From SAR202 cluster bacterium (GTDB taxonomy: Bacteria; Chloroflexota; Dehalococcoidia; Lucifugimonadales; UBA6952), in contig VFGE01000026.1 in NCBI GenBank assembly GCA_009392515.1, positions 2,322 through 66,321 of the forward strand: a stretch of 64,000 nt of DNA, read 5' to 3'. The notes under the pieces were generated by a model that searched no databases, was not told where the DNA came from, and was given only the letters and a program-made list of their open reading frames with translations. Positions 10,701 through 20,469 of the stretch are shown one piece after another (the stretch's first letter is position 1; every line of letters begins with the position of its first letter). A program made the position numbers and the translations under genes.

Positions 10701-10866
10701 TCAAGGTGAAAGAGAATTAAGTGAAGCTATACTACAGTTTGAAAAGTATATTAGCTCAGAAACTTTAGCTTTAAAGATTGAAGAATCTAATCTAAATCAC
10801 AGTGGTGATTTTAAATCTACAATCCTTGGTAAAGAGATTAGTTTGAATATTTCTAAAGTAATTTAA
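7741..10866 (+). CDS. ileS: isoleucine--tRNA ligase (long, type-2-like form)
   Basis: 1041-aa ORF with the HIGH-type motif PMGVHHAWGRT, the KMSKS-type motif EMHKSKGN, and an editing-domain insertion. Confidence 0.95.
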   Translation: MFEPVNSRPDFIGLEYEMMKFWDEESIVQQYLNKNNDADKKYSFIDGPITANNPMGVHHAWGRTYKDLYQRYKTMQGYEQRYQNGFDGQGLWIEVEVEKELGFKSKKDIEKFGIDKFVELCKQRVDKFSGIQTEQSIRLGYWMDWDNSYHTKSDENNYTIWHFLKVCYEKGLLYEGNDVMPWCRRCGTGLSEHEIVTEGYQEVTHKSVFVKFQIQNTDNEFLIIWTTTPWTLPANIAAAVNPESIYIKVEQNQEYYYIAKNTVSFLKGPYEIVEEIKGETLVGMEYIGPFDNLTIQKEVIHKVIPWEEVGDEGTGIVHIAPGAGKEDYALGKKYNLTTIAPIDDSGDYVEGFDKYTGMNVSNVNDEIFKELKEKNILYKIEQIKHRYPVCWRCGEELVFRLVSEWFISVDPFREQIMDVTRKIKWIPEFGLARELDWLKNMDDWMISKKRYYGLALPIYKCEECNEFEVIGSEFELKERAIEGWDLFEGHSPHKPWVDYVKIDCKSCKSPLSRIKDVGNPWLDAGIVPYSTLKYRSDKDYWSKWFPADWISESFPGQFRNWFYSMLAMSTVLENTEPYQNVFSYALMRDEKGDEMHKSKGNAIWFEDAADEMGVDSMRWLYSRQNPANNLNFGFNVANEVKRRFLIPLWNVYSFFVTYANIDDFIPSQEDRRYTNYLDRWIISELNELVEFVTNNLDNYDSAAASYKVEEFIELLSNWYVRRNRRRFWKSENDEDKQLAYQALYECLNTLCHLLAPFMPFITDKIYQNLVRSHSNQSPKSVHLGHWPKPDASLIDPNLSSQVRLSKTLVSLGRSVRQKTGIRVRQPISQIIISGAFISDNELQEYMNQQISEELNVKEVIFDNQIEGIFKYIVNLRYDLLGPRLGNDINIVANGLKNIDSDLIAREVISKGSVQIDGIDIDKEELNIQIEDISHFSSIYENNYVVSLNTTLDANLINEGIAREFIHNVQNIRKEAGFNIEDRISIEFQGERELSEAILQFEKYISSETLALKIEESNLNHSGDFKSTILGKEISLNISKVI

Positions 10867-10876
10867 TAATTGAGTT

Positions 10877-12064
10877 TTATAATCTAGGCTGTTCTTCTAA
10901 GGTAATTGTGATGTTTTGGATAGTTTTATCTCTAATTATTGTTACAATTATTTCTTGACCAATAGATAAATAACCTGTTTGTCTTAATGTTTGTAGTTCC
11001 TTCACATTTCTAATAGGTTTTTCATCAATTTCTACTATGATATCATTTGCTAGAAGCCCCCCTTTTTCAGCAGGACCATTAGGGGAAATAGATCTGATTA
11101 ACACCCCTTCTGTAACATTGAGATCAAGTTCTTCAATAATTTGTAAATCAATGTCTTGCGCACCTATTCCTATCCAGGGCCATATAACTCTTCCATTTTG
11201 AATTAATTGTTGCATAATCGTATGAGCTGTCTCTGAACTTATTGCAAATCCAATTCCGTCAGTACTTGATTCTACATATTTAATTGTATTTATACCTATA
11301 ACATCTCCATTTAAGTTTAATAAAGGGCCACCACTATTCCCAGGATTAATTACAGCATCCGTTTGTATTAATTCTGTTAAATATGTACTATCGATAGCTA
11401 ATTCCCTTTCTAGTGCACTTACAATACCTAACGTAACTGTAGGTTCTCCTTCAAGACCAATGGCGTTGCCTATGGCTACTACCCAGTCACCAACACGAAG
11501 ATTATTATCGGTTGATATAGACAATGGAGTTAGTCCAGATTTATTTACTTTAATTACAGCTAAGTCAGTAAGAGGGTCTTGCCCGATTAATTCTGCTTCT
11601 GATTTTGTTTCGTCATCAAATGATACAGTTATAACATTAGCGAGATCGACAACGTGGCTGTTAGTTAATATATATCCATCTTCTGAAATAATTATTCCAC
11701 TGCCTGCTCCTTCACTATCTTGTCTTCCGAAAAAGGTATTTTGTGTACTACTAATTACTATTGATACAACCCCTGGTCTAGTTAATTCAACCAAGTCAGC
11801 AATCGAAGGGAGTACATTTAAATTTGGTAGACTTGAGTTTGGATTATTTGTATCTGCTTTACTTTCTATTGATTTTTTAAGATTTTTTAACTCGTTTCTA
11901 ATATTAGTTATTTCATTAAGAAGTTGTTTATTTTCTTCAATAATTTCTGCATTGGTGTTTTCATTTTTATTATCTTCATTATTTGAGCGCAAAGAATCGC
12001 AACTAATGATTGTAGTCGACAATATCAATATTAAGGTTGTGATTATATATTTTTGTATATTCAT
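10877..12064 (-). CDS. HtrA/DegP-family serine protease with PDZ domain
   Basis: 395-aa ORF with an N-terminal signal and lipobox-like TIISC. Catalytic triad context: TNSHVV, DLAVIKV, GNSGGPLLN. C-terminal PDZ domain (GVLIRSISPNGPAEKGGLLANDIIVEID). Confidence 0.9.
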   Translation of the reverse strand: MNIQKYIITTLILILSTTIISCDSLRSNNEDNKNENTNAEIIEENKQLLNEITNIRNELKNLKKSIESKADTNNPNSSLPNLNVLPSIADLVELTRPGVVSIVISSTQNTFFGRQDSEGAGSGIIISEDGYILTNSHVVDLANVITVSFDDETKSEAELIGQDPLTDLAVIKVNKSGLTPLSISTDNNLRVGDWVVAIGNAIGLEGEPTVTLGIVSALERELAIDSTYLTELIQTDAVINPGNSGGPLLNLNGDVIGINTIKYVESSTDGIGFAISSETAHTIMQQLIQNGRVIWPWIGIGAQDIDLQIIEELDLNVTEGVLIRSISPNGPAEKGGLLANDIIVEIDEKPIRNVKELQTLRQTGYLSIGQEIIVTIIRDKTIQNITITLEEQPRL

Positions 12065-12089
12065 GTTTTTATTTGTTAATTATATATAA

Positions 12090-12824
12090 TTATAAACGAA
12101 ATTTTTCGCTATTTGTCAGAGCAGTGTTTTGAATATCAACCAGATAATCAATACCTTTTGCGCCTAGTTGGATCATTTCATTTGCCGTATCGATAGAAAA
12201 AGGTGCTTGCTCTGCTGTACCTTGTATTTCAATAATTTCATGTTTGTGAGTCATAACGATATTCATATCTACATCAGCAATACTATCTTCTTCATAGCAT
12301 AGGTCTAATAATAAGTTACCAGATACTATTCCAACACTTACTGCAGCTAATTGAGACTTTAATGGGCTGTATTCTAGGGTTTTTTCTAGAATCATTTTGC
12401 TGAATGCTTTCTGTAATGCAACATAGGATCCAGTAATTGCCGCTGTTCTTGTACCACCATCAGCTTGAAGTACATCACAATCAATATATATTGTGCGTTC
12501 TCCAATCATAGATAAATCAGTTATAGCTCTGAGTGATCTTCCTATCAAACGTTGTATTTCTTGAGAACGTCCCTTTGGGCGACTACTTGACTCTCTTTGC
12601 GTTCTAGTGTGAGTGGATCTTGGTAGCATAGAATATTCTGCTGTTATCCAACCTTTTCCAGTAGATCGCAAAAATAAAGGCACAGTATTTTCAATTGATA
12701 CCGCACAAATTATTTTGGTTGCTCCAACCTCAATCAAAACAGAACCTTCTGCATATTCTTGAATATTGTGTAAGATATTAGTTTTGCGAGGTTCTTTATT
12801 ACTTCTCCCGTCTTTTCTTAACAC
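12090..12824 (-). CDS. rph: ribonuclease PH
   Basis: 244-aa ORF with LRKDGRS, GKGWITAEYSMLPRST and DCDVLQADGGTRTAAITG. Confidence 0.93.
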   Translation of the reverse strand: MLRKDGRSNKEPRKTNILHNIQEYAEGSVLIEVGATKIICAVSIENTVPLFLRSTGKGWITAEYSMLPRSTHTRTQRESSSRPKGRSQEIQRLIGRSLRAITDLSMIGERTIYIDCDVLQADGGTRTAAITGSYVALQKAFSKMILEKTLEYSPLKSQLAAVSVGIVSGNLLLDLCYEEDSIADVDMNIVMTHKHEIIEIQGTAEQAPFSIDTANEMIQLGAKGIDYLVDIQNTALTNSEKFRL

Positions 12825-12992
12825 CTATTTCTCCTTGTATTTATTTTATTTAATTATAACTATAAAGCTGCAAAAATGGTATCTTCACTGGTTTTTTTAA
12901 TATTCTACGTATCTATGATTTTGTTGTTTTTATAAAACGTGATATTATTTATAATCACAGTGAATTCAATTTTTGTCGAAAGGAGCAAAAAT

Positions 12993-13910
12993 ATGCCTGA
13001 AATAGCTTTTCACAAAGGTGAGTTCGTCCCTTTGAAAGATGCATCAGTTGGTGTAATGACACATGCTTTGCATTACGGTACTGCTGTGTTTGAGGGTATT
13101 AGAGGTAATTGGAATGAAGAAGATGAATCGACCTATATTTTTAAGCTCAAAGAACACTATGAAAGACTTTTATCGGGTTGTAAATTGATGCGTATAAAAG
13201 TTCCTTATACAGTAGATGAATTGTGTAATCTTACCAAAGAATTAGTCGAAAAATGTGAATATAATCAAGATGTATATATAAGACCTTTAGCTTATAAAGG
13301 GGCAGAACGTGTTGCTTATTTAGACCTGAGTAAATTAGAAGATGATGGATTTACTATTGTAGTTGTTCCATTAGGAGATTATTTAGATACTGAAAAAGCT
13401 GTTAAATGTTGTACTTCTTCATATCGAAGAATGGAGGACTATATTATACCTCCTCATTTGAAAATCAGCGGTTTATATGTGAATAGTATTCTTGCTAAAA
13501 CTGAAGCTATTGTCGCTGGATTTGATGAAGCTATATTATTAAACCAACAAGGGAGAGTTTCTGAAGGTACAGGAGAAAATATTTTTATATATCGAAACGG
13601 AAAGTTATCAACACCACCGTTGATCGATAATCTTTTACCTGGTATCACTCGAGATTGTGTAGTTGATATAGTCAAAAATGAACTTGGCTTTGATGTAGAA
13701 GAAAGAAGTATTCCGCGGTCTGAATTATATTTAGCAGACGAAATCTTTTTGACAGGAACAGCTGCACATGTACAAGGTGTAGGATCTATTGATAATCACG
13801 ATATTGGTGATGGACAAATGGGACCACTAACACGAGAAATTCAATCGTTATATTTTGATATTGTTACTGGTAGAAATATTAAATATAGTCATTGGTGTAC
13901 AAAGGCATAA
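12993..13910 (+). CDS. ilvE: branched-chain amino acid aminotransferase
   Basis: Class-IV aminotransferase motifs HALHYGTAVFEGIR and EGTGENIF. I prefer ATG 12993 (AAGGAG 7 nt upstream) over the GTG at 12939 listed in the ORF track. Confidence 0.88.
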   Translation: MPEIAFHKGEFVPLKDASVGVMTHALHYGTAVFEGIRGNWNEEDESTYIFKLKEHYERLLSGCKLMRIKVPYTVDELCNLTKELVEKCEYNQDVYIRPLAYKGAERVAYLDLSKLEDDGFTIVVVPLGDYLDTEKAVKCCTSSYRRMEDYIIPPHLKISGLYVNSILAKTEAIVAGFDEAILLNQQGRVSEGTGENIFIYRNGKLSTPPLIDNLLPGITRDCVVDIVKNELGFDVEERSIPRSELYLADEIFLTGTAAHVQGVGSIDNHDIGDGQMGPLTREIQSLYFDIVTGRNIKYSHWCTKA

Positions 13911-15119
13911 TTAATTTATTAAGTTTTCATATATTTGTGATGTTTTTAATGCAAATGAGTCCCAAGTCATATCTTTGGATTTCTTATACCCGTTTTCTGC
14001 TATCTGGATGTTCAAATCAACGTTTGTAAGTAATTTTTCTATAGCAGAAGCAAGTTTTTGGGGAGAGTTAACTTCTACTAATACTCCATTATATTGATTC
14101 TGGATTATAGACTCTAATCCAGGAACTTTAGTTCCAATTACTGTGGTTTTACATGCCATTGCTTCTAAAGCTACTAATCCAAAGCTTTCATAATGAGAAG
14201 GTATAATACAAAGGCTCGCTGCATTGTAGTACAATGGTAGTTGTGCTTGCTCAATAGTACCTATAAATGTTATATGTTTTTCTAATTTGTATCTTCTAAT
14301 TAACTCGAAAGATTGATCTGTTGCATCATTTTGTATTCTGTTATCACCTATAACTAACAGTTTAGGTTTTTTATCTGGATTTAGATATTTCATTGCTTCA
14401 ATAAGAACAGGTAAGCCTTTTATAGGGTCAATTCTTCCCACATAAATAATTATAGGTCCTTTCCCCATTCCAATTTGTTTTAATGAATTCATTTTATTTT
14501 TTGGTTTAAATAACGATAAATCTACACCAGGAGGAATAATTTTTACCTTTGATGAATCTATTTGATATCTATTAGTAAGAACTTCCAATTCATGGTTAGT
14601 AGAAACTATAATAGTGCCTGTACTTTTGACAATTTCTTGTTCTTTTTCTAGTCGTATTTGAGATTCTTTTTGTTGTCCTTTAATTTGGTTTTTAATTTCT
14701 GCTAGTGTGTGAAATGTTACTACATTATTTATGCCTAAAACTTGACTTAAATCTTTACCAATTATTCCTGATAACCAATAGTGACTATGAATAATATCAT
14801 AGATGATGTTATGTTCATTAATATAATTAATAAGTTGTCTTTTGAAGGTTTCTATATGGTTGTATAAGTCTTCTTTTGAGATATTTTGCTGAACTGTATT
14901 TAAGTGTATAACTTTAATATTTGTAGTTATATTTGTTATTTTCTCAGTACATTCTGAATGATCTATAGTAAAAATATCAATTGAAAACCCTAATTTCTCT
15001 AGAGCAAGACTTAATTGAAGAACATATACATTCATACCACCTGCAGACTCGGTACCCAATTTACCAAGAGGGCAGGTATGAAATGATAAAACTAATAAAT
15101 TCTTTTTAGATTTATTCAA
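13911..15119 (-). CDS. GT4-family glycosyltransferase (MshA-like N-terminus)
   Basis: 402-aa ORF. N-terminal SAGGMNVYV resembles the motif I recall from MshA-type enzymes. C-terminal GT4 region is ESFGLVALEAMACKTTVIG. Confidence 0.8.
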   Translation of the reverse strand: MNKSKKNLLVLSFHTCPLGKLGTESAGGMNVYVLQLSLALEKLGFSIDIFTIDHSECTEKITNITTNIKVIHLNTVQQNISKEDLYNHIETFKRQLINYINEHNIIYDIIHSHYWLSGIIGKDLSQVLGINNVVTFHTLAEIKNQIKGQQKESQIRLEKEQEIVKSTGTIIVSTNHELEVLTNRYQIDSSKVKIIPPGVDLSLFKPKNKMNSLKQIGMGKGPIIIYVGRIDPIKGLPVLIEAMKYLNPDKKPKLLVIGDNRIQNDATDQSFELIRRYKLEKHITFIGTIEQAQLPLYYNAASLCIIPSHYESFGLVALEAMACKTTVIGTKVPGLESIIQNQYNGVLVEVNSPQKLASAIEKLLTNVDLNIQIAENGYKKSKDMTWDSFALKTSQIYENLIN

Positions 15120-15133
15120 AACATTAGTTAGTG

Positions 15134-16117
15134 TTATTTTTTCATTAATTTAATAGTGTATATTGTTGTGTTTTGAGCACCGAGATGATACTTGTAACTT
15201 TCATCACCCCGAAGGAAATCAAAACATTCAAAATTATATTCTATTGAGTGCTTTAATGAAGTAGCATTGAGTAATAACCCGCAACTTAAATGTTGATAAT
15301 CTGGATCAAATCCACTGTTGTATAAGTATCGAATATTATTATAGTCAAACGCTATACAAGCTGAAACTTTTTTATTGTCAATTTCCATAAAATAGAGCCT
15401 GGTCCAATTTTCTTTGGATAATTCTAAGCAAAGATTTTTAAAGTATATTTTCATTATAGGGGTTAAAAACTCAGCTTTATGATGTCCACTTTTTGACATT
15501 AATTCAAAGAACTCTTCCATCGAGTTTTCTATGTCTACACTAGCAGTTAATTGTTGAATCGTATGATTTGATTGATCATCTAATCTCCTAAACTTTCTTC
15601 TTAATTCGTGCCTGTCTTTTTTATTGAGAATAGAAAGATAGGATTCCCAATCTTTGGGTAATTCTATCAATGGGCAAACATCTTCAGTAGATTTATCAAA
15701 GCTCCATTCTTTGTTTTTTGCTAATTTTTCCATGAAAGGTATAGTTGCAGAGGTTTCAGGGATCGAATTGATTTCTATTAAATCATAATTAATGTTTTCA
15801 AAAAATATCCCAACTTCTTTAAAGAATTCATTTTCATAATTCGGTACAATAAGAAAATCTTGATAATCATATACATCCTTGTTGCCGATTAAAGTTAATT
15901 TTTTATCTCCATTTAGCATGAATGGAGCTATTCCAATTACTTCGTTATTGTTAGATATTTCTAAGATATTTAAACTGTTATTAGTGTGAAAGATACTGAA
16001 CCAAGTTTTTTGCCATTCTATTGTCTGAAATATTGAATGTCGAGGTATTCTTGATAGTACTGTTTTCCAAATATCTGATACTGAATCAAAGCTTTCATGA
16101 ATTTTTATATTTTCCAA
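15134..16117 (-). CDS. GNAT-like acyltransferase (CelD/BcsL / FemAB-like family)
   Basis: 327-aa ORF. The C-terminal FDFLRGDESYKYHLGA resembles the signature of Acetyltransf_6-type proteins. Lies downstream of the GT4 gene on the same strand. Confidence 0.6.
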   Translation of the reverse strand: MENIKIHESFDSVSDIWKTVLSRIPRHSIFQTIEWQKTWFSIFHTNNSLNILEISNNNEVIGIAPFMLNGDKKLTLIGNKDVYDYQDFLIVPNYENEFFKEVGIFFENINYDLIEINSIPETSATIPFMEKLAKNKEWSFDKSTEDVCPLIELPKDWESYLSILNKKDRHELRRKFRRLDDQSNHTIQQLTASVDIENSMEEFFELMSKSGHHKAEFLTPIMKIYFKNLCLELSKENWTRLYFMEIDNKKVSACIAFDYNNIRYLYNSGFDPDYQHLSCGLLLNATSLKHSIEYNFECFDFLRGDESYKYHLGAQNTTIYTIKLMKK

Positions 16118-16126
16118 TTTACTCCT

Positions 16127-17185
16127 TTATAAATTCAAAATAGCTTTTTTTACAGTTTCAATTTCTGGCTTAATCTGTATAGGCTTTGAATTGAATTGTT
16201 TTTCAGCTAATTCTGGTTCTTTTAGTCCAGAACCGGTTACAACACAAACTATTGTTTTATCTTTAATACTTGCAGGATTTGTTAAGTTGGTTTTAATTAA
16301 TCCTGCTAAAGAAGCAGCAGAAGCTGGTTCGCAGAATATACCTTCCTTACTAGCTAACATTTCATAAGCTGAAAGTATTTCTTGATCAGTTACAGAATCT
16401 ATAGCTCCATTGGATTCATTACGAGCTGTTATCGCACTTTCCCAACTAGCAGGGTTCCCTATACGAATTGCTGAGGCGACTGTTTCAGGTTTTTCTACAG
16501 GTTGTCCACTAACTAATGGTGCCGCACCTGCTGCTTGATATCCCATCAATCTAGGTAATTTGGTGGATTTTTCATATTTTAAATATTCAGTAAATCCTTT
16601 CCAATATGCTGTTATATTTCCTGCATTTCCAACTGGAATAAATAAAAAGTCAGGTGAATCGTTTAACTCATCAATTATTTCAAAAGCAGCAGTCTTTTGA
16701 CCTTCAATCCTATAAGGATTAATTGAATTTACAATTGTTATATTGTTGTTGTTGGACAAATCTCGAATGATTGATAATCCTTGGTCAAAATTACCATCTA
16801 TACTTATAATCTTAGCGCCATAAGCAATTGCTTGAGCTAATTTACCAGAAGCTATTTTGCCATTTGGAACTATTACGATCGTTTTTAATCCAAATCTCGC
16901 TCCATATGCAGCGGCAGAAGCACTAGTATTCCCAGTAGATGCACAGGCTATTATTTCGCTTTTCGATTCTAATGCTTTTGATATAGCAAAAACCATACCT
17001 CGGTCTTTAAATGAACCAGTAGGGTTACAACCTTCGAACTTAAAATATAAATTCTTACAACCCATGGATTTAATAATATTTGTGGATTTTATTAGAGGGG
17101 TTTGACCTTCACCCATAGTGATTATAGGAGTGTCTTTATTTATAGGTAAATATTTTTTATAGTTTTGTATTACGCCTAGATTCAT
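16127..17185 (-). CDS. thrC: threonine synthase
   Basis: 352-aa ORF with the PLP-lysine motif FKFEGCNPTGSFKDRGM. Confidence 0.92.
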   Translation of the reverse strand: MNLGVIQNYKKYLPINKDTPIITMGEGQTPLIKSTNIIKSMGCKNLYFKFEGCNPTGSFKDRGMVFAISKALESKSEIIACASTGNTSASAAAYGARFGLKTIVIVPNGKIASGKLAQAIAYGAKIISIDGNFDQGLSIIRDLSNNNNITIVNSINPYRIEGQKTAAFEIIDELNDSPDFLFIPVGNAGNITAYWKGFTEYLKYEKSTKLPRLMGYQAAGAAPLVSGQPVEKPETVASAIRIGNPASWESAITARNESNGAIDSVTDQEILSAYEMLASKEGIFCEPASAASLAGLIKTNLTNPASIKDKTIVCVVTGSGLKEPELAEKQFNSKPIQIKPEIETVKKAILNL

Positions 17186-17276
17186 TAATCAACCGATTAG
17201 TTTCATTAGTATATAGCAAGCTAAGTTTAGCATAAACTTGTGTTTGATAGTAGTTATTCCCTATGGGATTTTAGTT

Positions 17277-18581
17277 CTAATTCAAGTCTTCGATTCTTAC
17301 AAGACTATCAATAGATTTAATTTGACTTGATTTCTTAATATTTGTAATAGCTGTATTTAAATTATTTACTACAGCTGGGTGGGTTATCATTACTAGTTCT
17401 GCTATATTGTCGGATTGATTATGAGTCGTTTGAAGAACTGATGCTATACTTATATTATATTTTCCTAGAATACTAGATATTTCTGCTAGTACCCCAGGTT
17501 TATCTAGTACTGACATTCTCATATAGTAAGAAGAACTTGTATAACTATAGTCTACATAATTAATCGTATAATCACGGGTGTTCTCTGTAGAATTCACATT
17601 ATTATTTGATATATTATTTGCAATAGAAATTATGTCTCCTAAAATTGCACTTGAAGTTGATTTAGGTCCTGCTCCTTCACCATGAAAAATAATATTACCA
17701 ATAGGATCACCTTGAATTTCTATGGCGTTATAAACACCTTCTACTTTTGCTAACAAATGATCATTGGAAATTAAGCATGGATGAACTCTTAGGGAAACAT
17801 TATCGCGATTCAATTCTCCAATCGCAAGAAGTTTAATCGTATAACCTAAATCCTTAGCATATTTAAAATCTACAGCTGAAAGTTTAGTGATCCCTTCTCT
17901 GTATATATTTTTTTCAGTTATCTTATTATTTAATACAATTGAAGCCAGTATGGATAGTTTGTAAGTAGCATCAATACCTTCTATATCGCTTGTAGGATCT
18001 GATTCTGCATATCCAAGATGTTGAGCTTGTTTTAGAGCATCTTCAAAGGTTTGTGTTCTTGAGGACATATTCGAAAGAATATAATTAGTTGTTCCATTAA
18101 TAATAGCGTTTATTCTGGTAATATTGTTAGCAATTAAACTATGGTATAAGGGGCCAATTATAGGTATACCCGCTCCAACACTTGCTTCATACAATAATAA
18201 AACCCCATTATTTTTTGATTGACTTAATAACTCATGCCCATATTTTGACATTACAAGTTTATTAGCAGTTACTATATTGATTTTTTTATCTATAGCTTTG
18301 TTTATCATTTCAAGAGCAATATGATCTCCACCAATTAATTCTACGATGAGGTTTATATTCTTATCATTAAAGATATCATCGGGATTATTAGTAATTATAT
18401 CTGGAGACAGGTAGTTTGGCCTTTGTTTTGTAATATCATTGATCAATACTTTTGATAAATTTATTTGTACATTTGATTTTGGGTTATTTATAACATTTTT
18501 GTTATGAAGCAACTGATATGCAACTTCAGTACCGACAGTCCCTAATCCAAGTAATCCAACATTTATATTTTGCGTTTCCAT
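17277..18581 (-). CDS. hom: homoserine dehydrogenase
   Basis: 434-aa ORF with an N-terminal Rossmann motif VGLLGLGTVGTEV, a catalytic domain and a C-terminal ACT domain (VLDKPGVLAEISSILGKYNISIASV). Confidence 0.92.
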   Translation of the reverse strand: METQNINVGLLGLGTVGTEVAYQLLHNKNVINNPKSNVQINLSKVLINDITKQRPNYLSPDIITNNPDDIFNDKNINLIVELIGGDHIALEMINKAIDKKINIVTANKLVMSKYGHELLSQSKNNGVLLLYEASVGAGIPIIGPLYHSLIANNITRINAIINGTTNYILSNMSSRTQTFEDALKQAQHLGYAESDPTSDIEGIDATYKLSILASIVLNNKITEKNIYREGITKLSAVDFKYAKDLGYTIKLLAIGELNRDNVSLRVHPCLISNDHLLAKVEGVYNAIEIQGDPIGNIIFHGEGAGPKSTSSAILGDIISIANNISNNNVNSTENTRDYTINYVDYSYTSSSYYMRMSVLDKPGVLAEISSILGKYNISIASVLQTTHNQSDNIAELVMITHPAVVNNLNTAITNIKKSSQIKSIDSLVRIEDLN

Positions 18582-18591
18582 TAATTAAAAC

Positions 18592-19620
18592 CTAACTAAC
18601 GTAGCGGTTAATTTTTTCTACCATCCATTGGTAGTCTTGAGAATTGAAATCAATCCGTACGTTTAATTTATCTCGCTGCTCGTCTAGCCAAGAATTTGTT
18701 GCATTTTGTTTTAATATTTTTGTCATTTTTTCTTGTAAAGGTTGAGGTTCTGGGCCAGCAGTTATTTGAACTATCACTGAATTTTGATTAGTTAATATTG
18801 GTTCGCTGAAAGTATTTAATTCCATATTGAAAATAGTTGGGTCAAGCTCTGGGAAAGCGCCTTCCGGTACCCACCCAACTAGACCATTGTCGTCAGCATA
18901 TGCATCGTTTTTCATATATATTCGTGCAAGTTGACTAAAATCAGCACCAGATTGCAATTGTTGGTAGGCCTGTTCTGCCATAGTTATTTCACTAAATTTT
19001 ATATATTTCAAGTTTACTGAATTGGCAATAGTTGGAATCCTATCACCTAGATATTCAGTAAGTTTAGTTCTCAAAAGACCCATTTGGATTAAGTCTCTAT
19101 ATTCCTTGTCGCTGTATTTTGTAATATTAAGATAACTTTGATATGTTTCTACAAACTCTCTATCTAGTGCATCTTTATCTGATTGATCTGCAGTTGTTGT
19201 CCTAGGGTAATGAACATTTCTAATTTCTTGGTCAATTTCATCGCTTGTTACATATAAATTGATAGTAGGGGTCGTTTGGCGCAAAAGTTCATGATCTGTC
19301 ATTGCATTTAATGTTTCAAATGGTAGTAGAGATAGTTTAACTTCAGATCCGAAAGCAGCTTCCGCAGCAGCATTTGCTTTCGTTCTCTTAAGCAGATCTC
19401 TGAGTTGTATTTCTGTTTCACCAACAGAAATAACAACTTTATTTTCAGGCATTACGTATGTCCAGTAATATCCTATTGCAGGAATTAATAATACTATCAT
19501 TAATAATATTATTGTAAATATGATTATAGGTAGAGTTCGTTTATTGGATTCTCTTTGTGATAAGCGATGTTGTTCACGCAACGTCATGCGGTTTTTAGAT
19601 TCGTTATTAATATTCGCCAT
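18592..19620 (-). CDS. membrane-anchored peptidyl-prolyl isomerase (parvulin / SurA-PrsA-like)
   Basis: 342-aa ORF with one N-terminal TM helix and a parvulin-like segment DDNGLVGWVPEGAFPELDPTIFNMELNTFSEPILT. Confidence 0.7.
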   Translation of the reverse strand: MANINNESKNRMTLREQHRLSQRESNKRTLPIIIFTIILLMIVLLIPAIGYYWTYVMPENKVVISVGETEIQLRDLLKRTKANAAAEAAFGSEVKLSLLPFETLNAMTDHELLRQTTPTINLYVTSDEIDQEIRNVHYPRTTTADQSDKDALDREFVETYQSYLNITKYSDKEYRDLIQMGLLRTKLTEYLGDRIPTIANSVNLKYIKFSEITMAEQAYQQLQSGADFSQLARIYMKNDAYADDNGLVGWVPEGAFPELDPTIFNMELNTFSEPILTNQNSVIVQITAGPEPQPLQEKMTKILKQNATNSWLDEQRDKLNVRIDFNSQDYQWMVEKINRYVS

Positions 19621-19625
19621 TTTGA

Positions 19626-19967
19626 CTAAGATCTATTTGAATAATTTCTATTATTTGAACGTCTATCAATAGGATTAAGCAATACATGTTCTGCAGCAAA
19701 AGGAAGTAATGCTATTTCACGCGCTTTTTTGATTTCTCTAGTTAAATAAGTTTGGCACTTTAAGCATGTACCAGTTTTTCTTCTTGGCTCAATTTTACCT
19801 CTATCAGATATATATCGTTGTAAAAGAGTAGCATCTTTGTAAGTAATAATACTTGAAACAGGTTTGCCTTTGCGTTCAAAACATGGCTGACATATTTTAA
19901 TTCGACTATTATAACGATTGTTTGGTCGTCTTCTGTTATTTGGACGCGATCTGTTTTGTGTGGTCAT
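19626..19967 (-). CDS. rpsR: 30S ribosomal protein S18 (four-Cys form with R/N-rich tails)
   Basis: 113-aa ORF with the S18 core YKDATLLQRYISDRGKIEPRRKTGTCLKCQTYLTREIKKAREIALLP. Has two Cys pairs: CQPC and CLKC. Confidence 0.9.
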   Translation of the reverse strand: MTTQNRSRPNNRRRPNNRYNSRIKICQPCFERKGKPVSSIITYKDATLLQRYISDRGKIEPRRKTGTCLKCQTYLTREIKKAREIALLPFAAEHVLLNPIDRRSNNRNYSNRS

Positions 19968-19991
19968 TTTTATTCTTCTCCTGGATTAATG

Positions 19992-20438
19992 TTAAAAAGG
20001 TAGGTCGTCAGTTTCAATGGGTTTGTCAGAAGGTGTATCAGTAAAATTATAGTTATTTGAATCATTATTATCAAAAGTAGATGGTTCGTTATCTGAGGAT
20101 TGAGAAGGATTTCTGTCTAGAAATAATACTCTGCTTGCAATTATCTCATTTCTATATCGCGTTTGTCCGTCTTGTCCATCCCATTGTCTACTTTTCAATC
20201 TACCTTCTACAAAAGTTCTACGTCCCTTTGCAAGATATTGATTACATTGTTCTGCTAAAGCATTCCAAGCAACTACGGTAAACCATTCCGTTTCTTGATG
20301 TCTTTCCCCATCATTTGAAGTGTATGATCTGCTTGTAGCAACTCGAAATGATGTAACAGGGCTTCCACTAGGTGTGTATCTCATTTCAGGCTCAGTACCA
20401 ATATTGCCTATAACCATAATTTTATTAAAGCCTACCAT
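19992..20438 (-). CDS. ssb: single-stranded DNA-binding protein
   Basis: 148-aa ORF with an OB-fold N-terminus (NKIMVIGNIGTEPEMRYTPSG) and an acidic C-terminal tip DDLPF. Confidence 0.92.
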   Translation of the reverse strand: MVGFNKIMVIGNIGTEPEMRYTPSGSPVTSFRVATSRSYTSNDGERHQETEWFTVVAWNALAEQCNQYLAKGRRTFVEGRLKSRQWDGQDGQTRYRNEIIASRVLFLDRNPSQSSDNEPSTFDNNDSNNYNFTDTPSDKPIETDDLPF

Positions 20439-20469
20439 TCCAACCTCCTCAGCAATTCAAACGTGTTTA

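Noticed and set aside
11460-12089. Long antisense ORFs in an AT-rich genome: 209 aa opposite htrA, 213 aa at 44188-44829 opposite the permease, and several 60-124-aa ORFs opposite the Mo-enzyme gene.
   Set aside because: For the htrA-antisense ORF, which I checked, the frame is the one in which a stop requires a sense Tyr, His or Gln codon preceded by a codon ending in T or C. Such residues are scarce in the corresponding protein segments, so long open antisense frames are expected. The translations are low-complexity, with no recognisable motifs or SD sequences.
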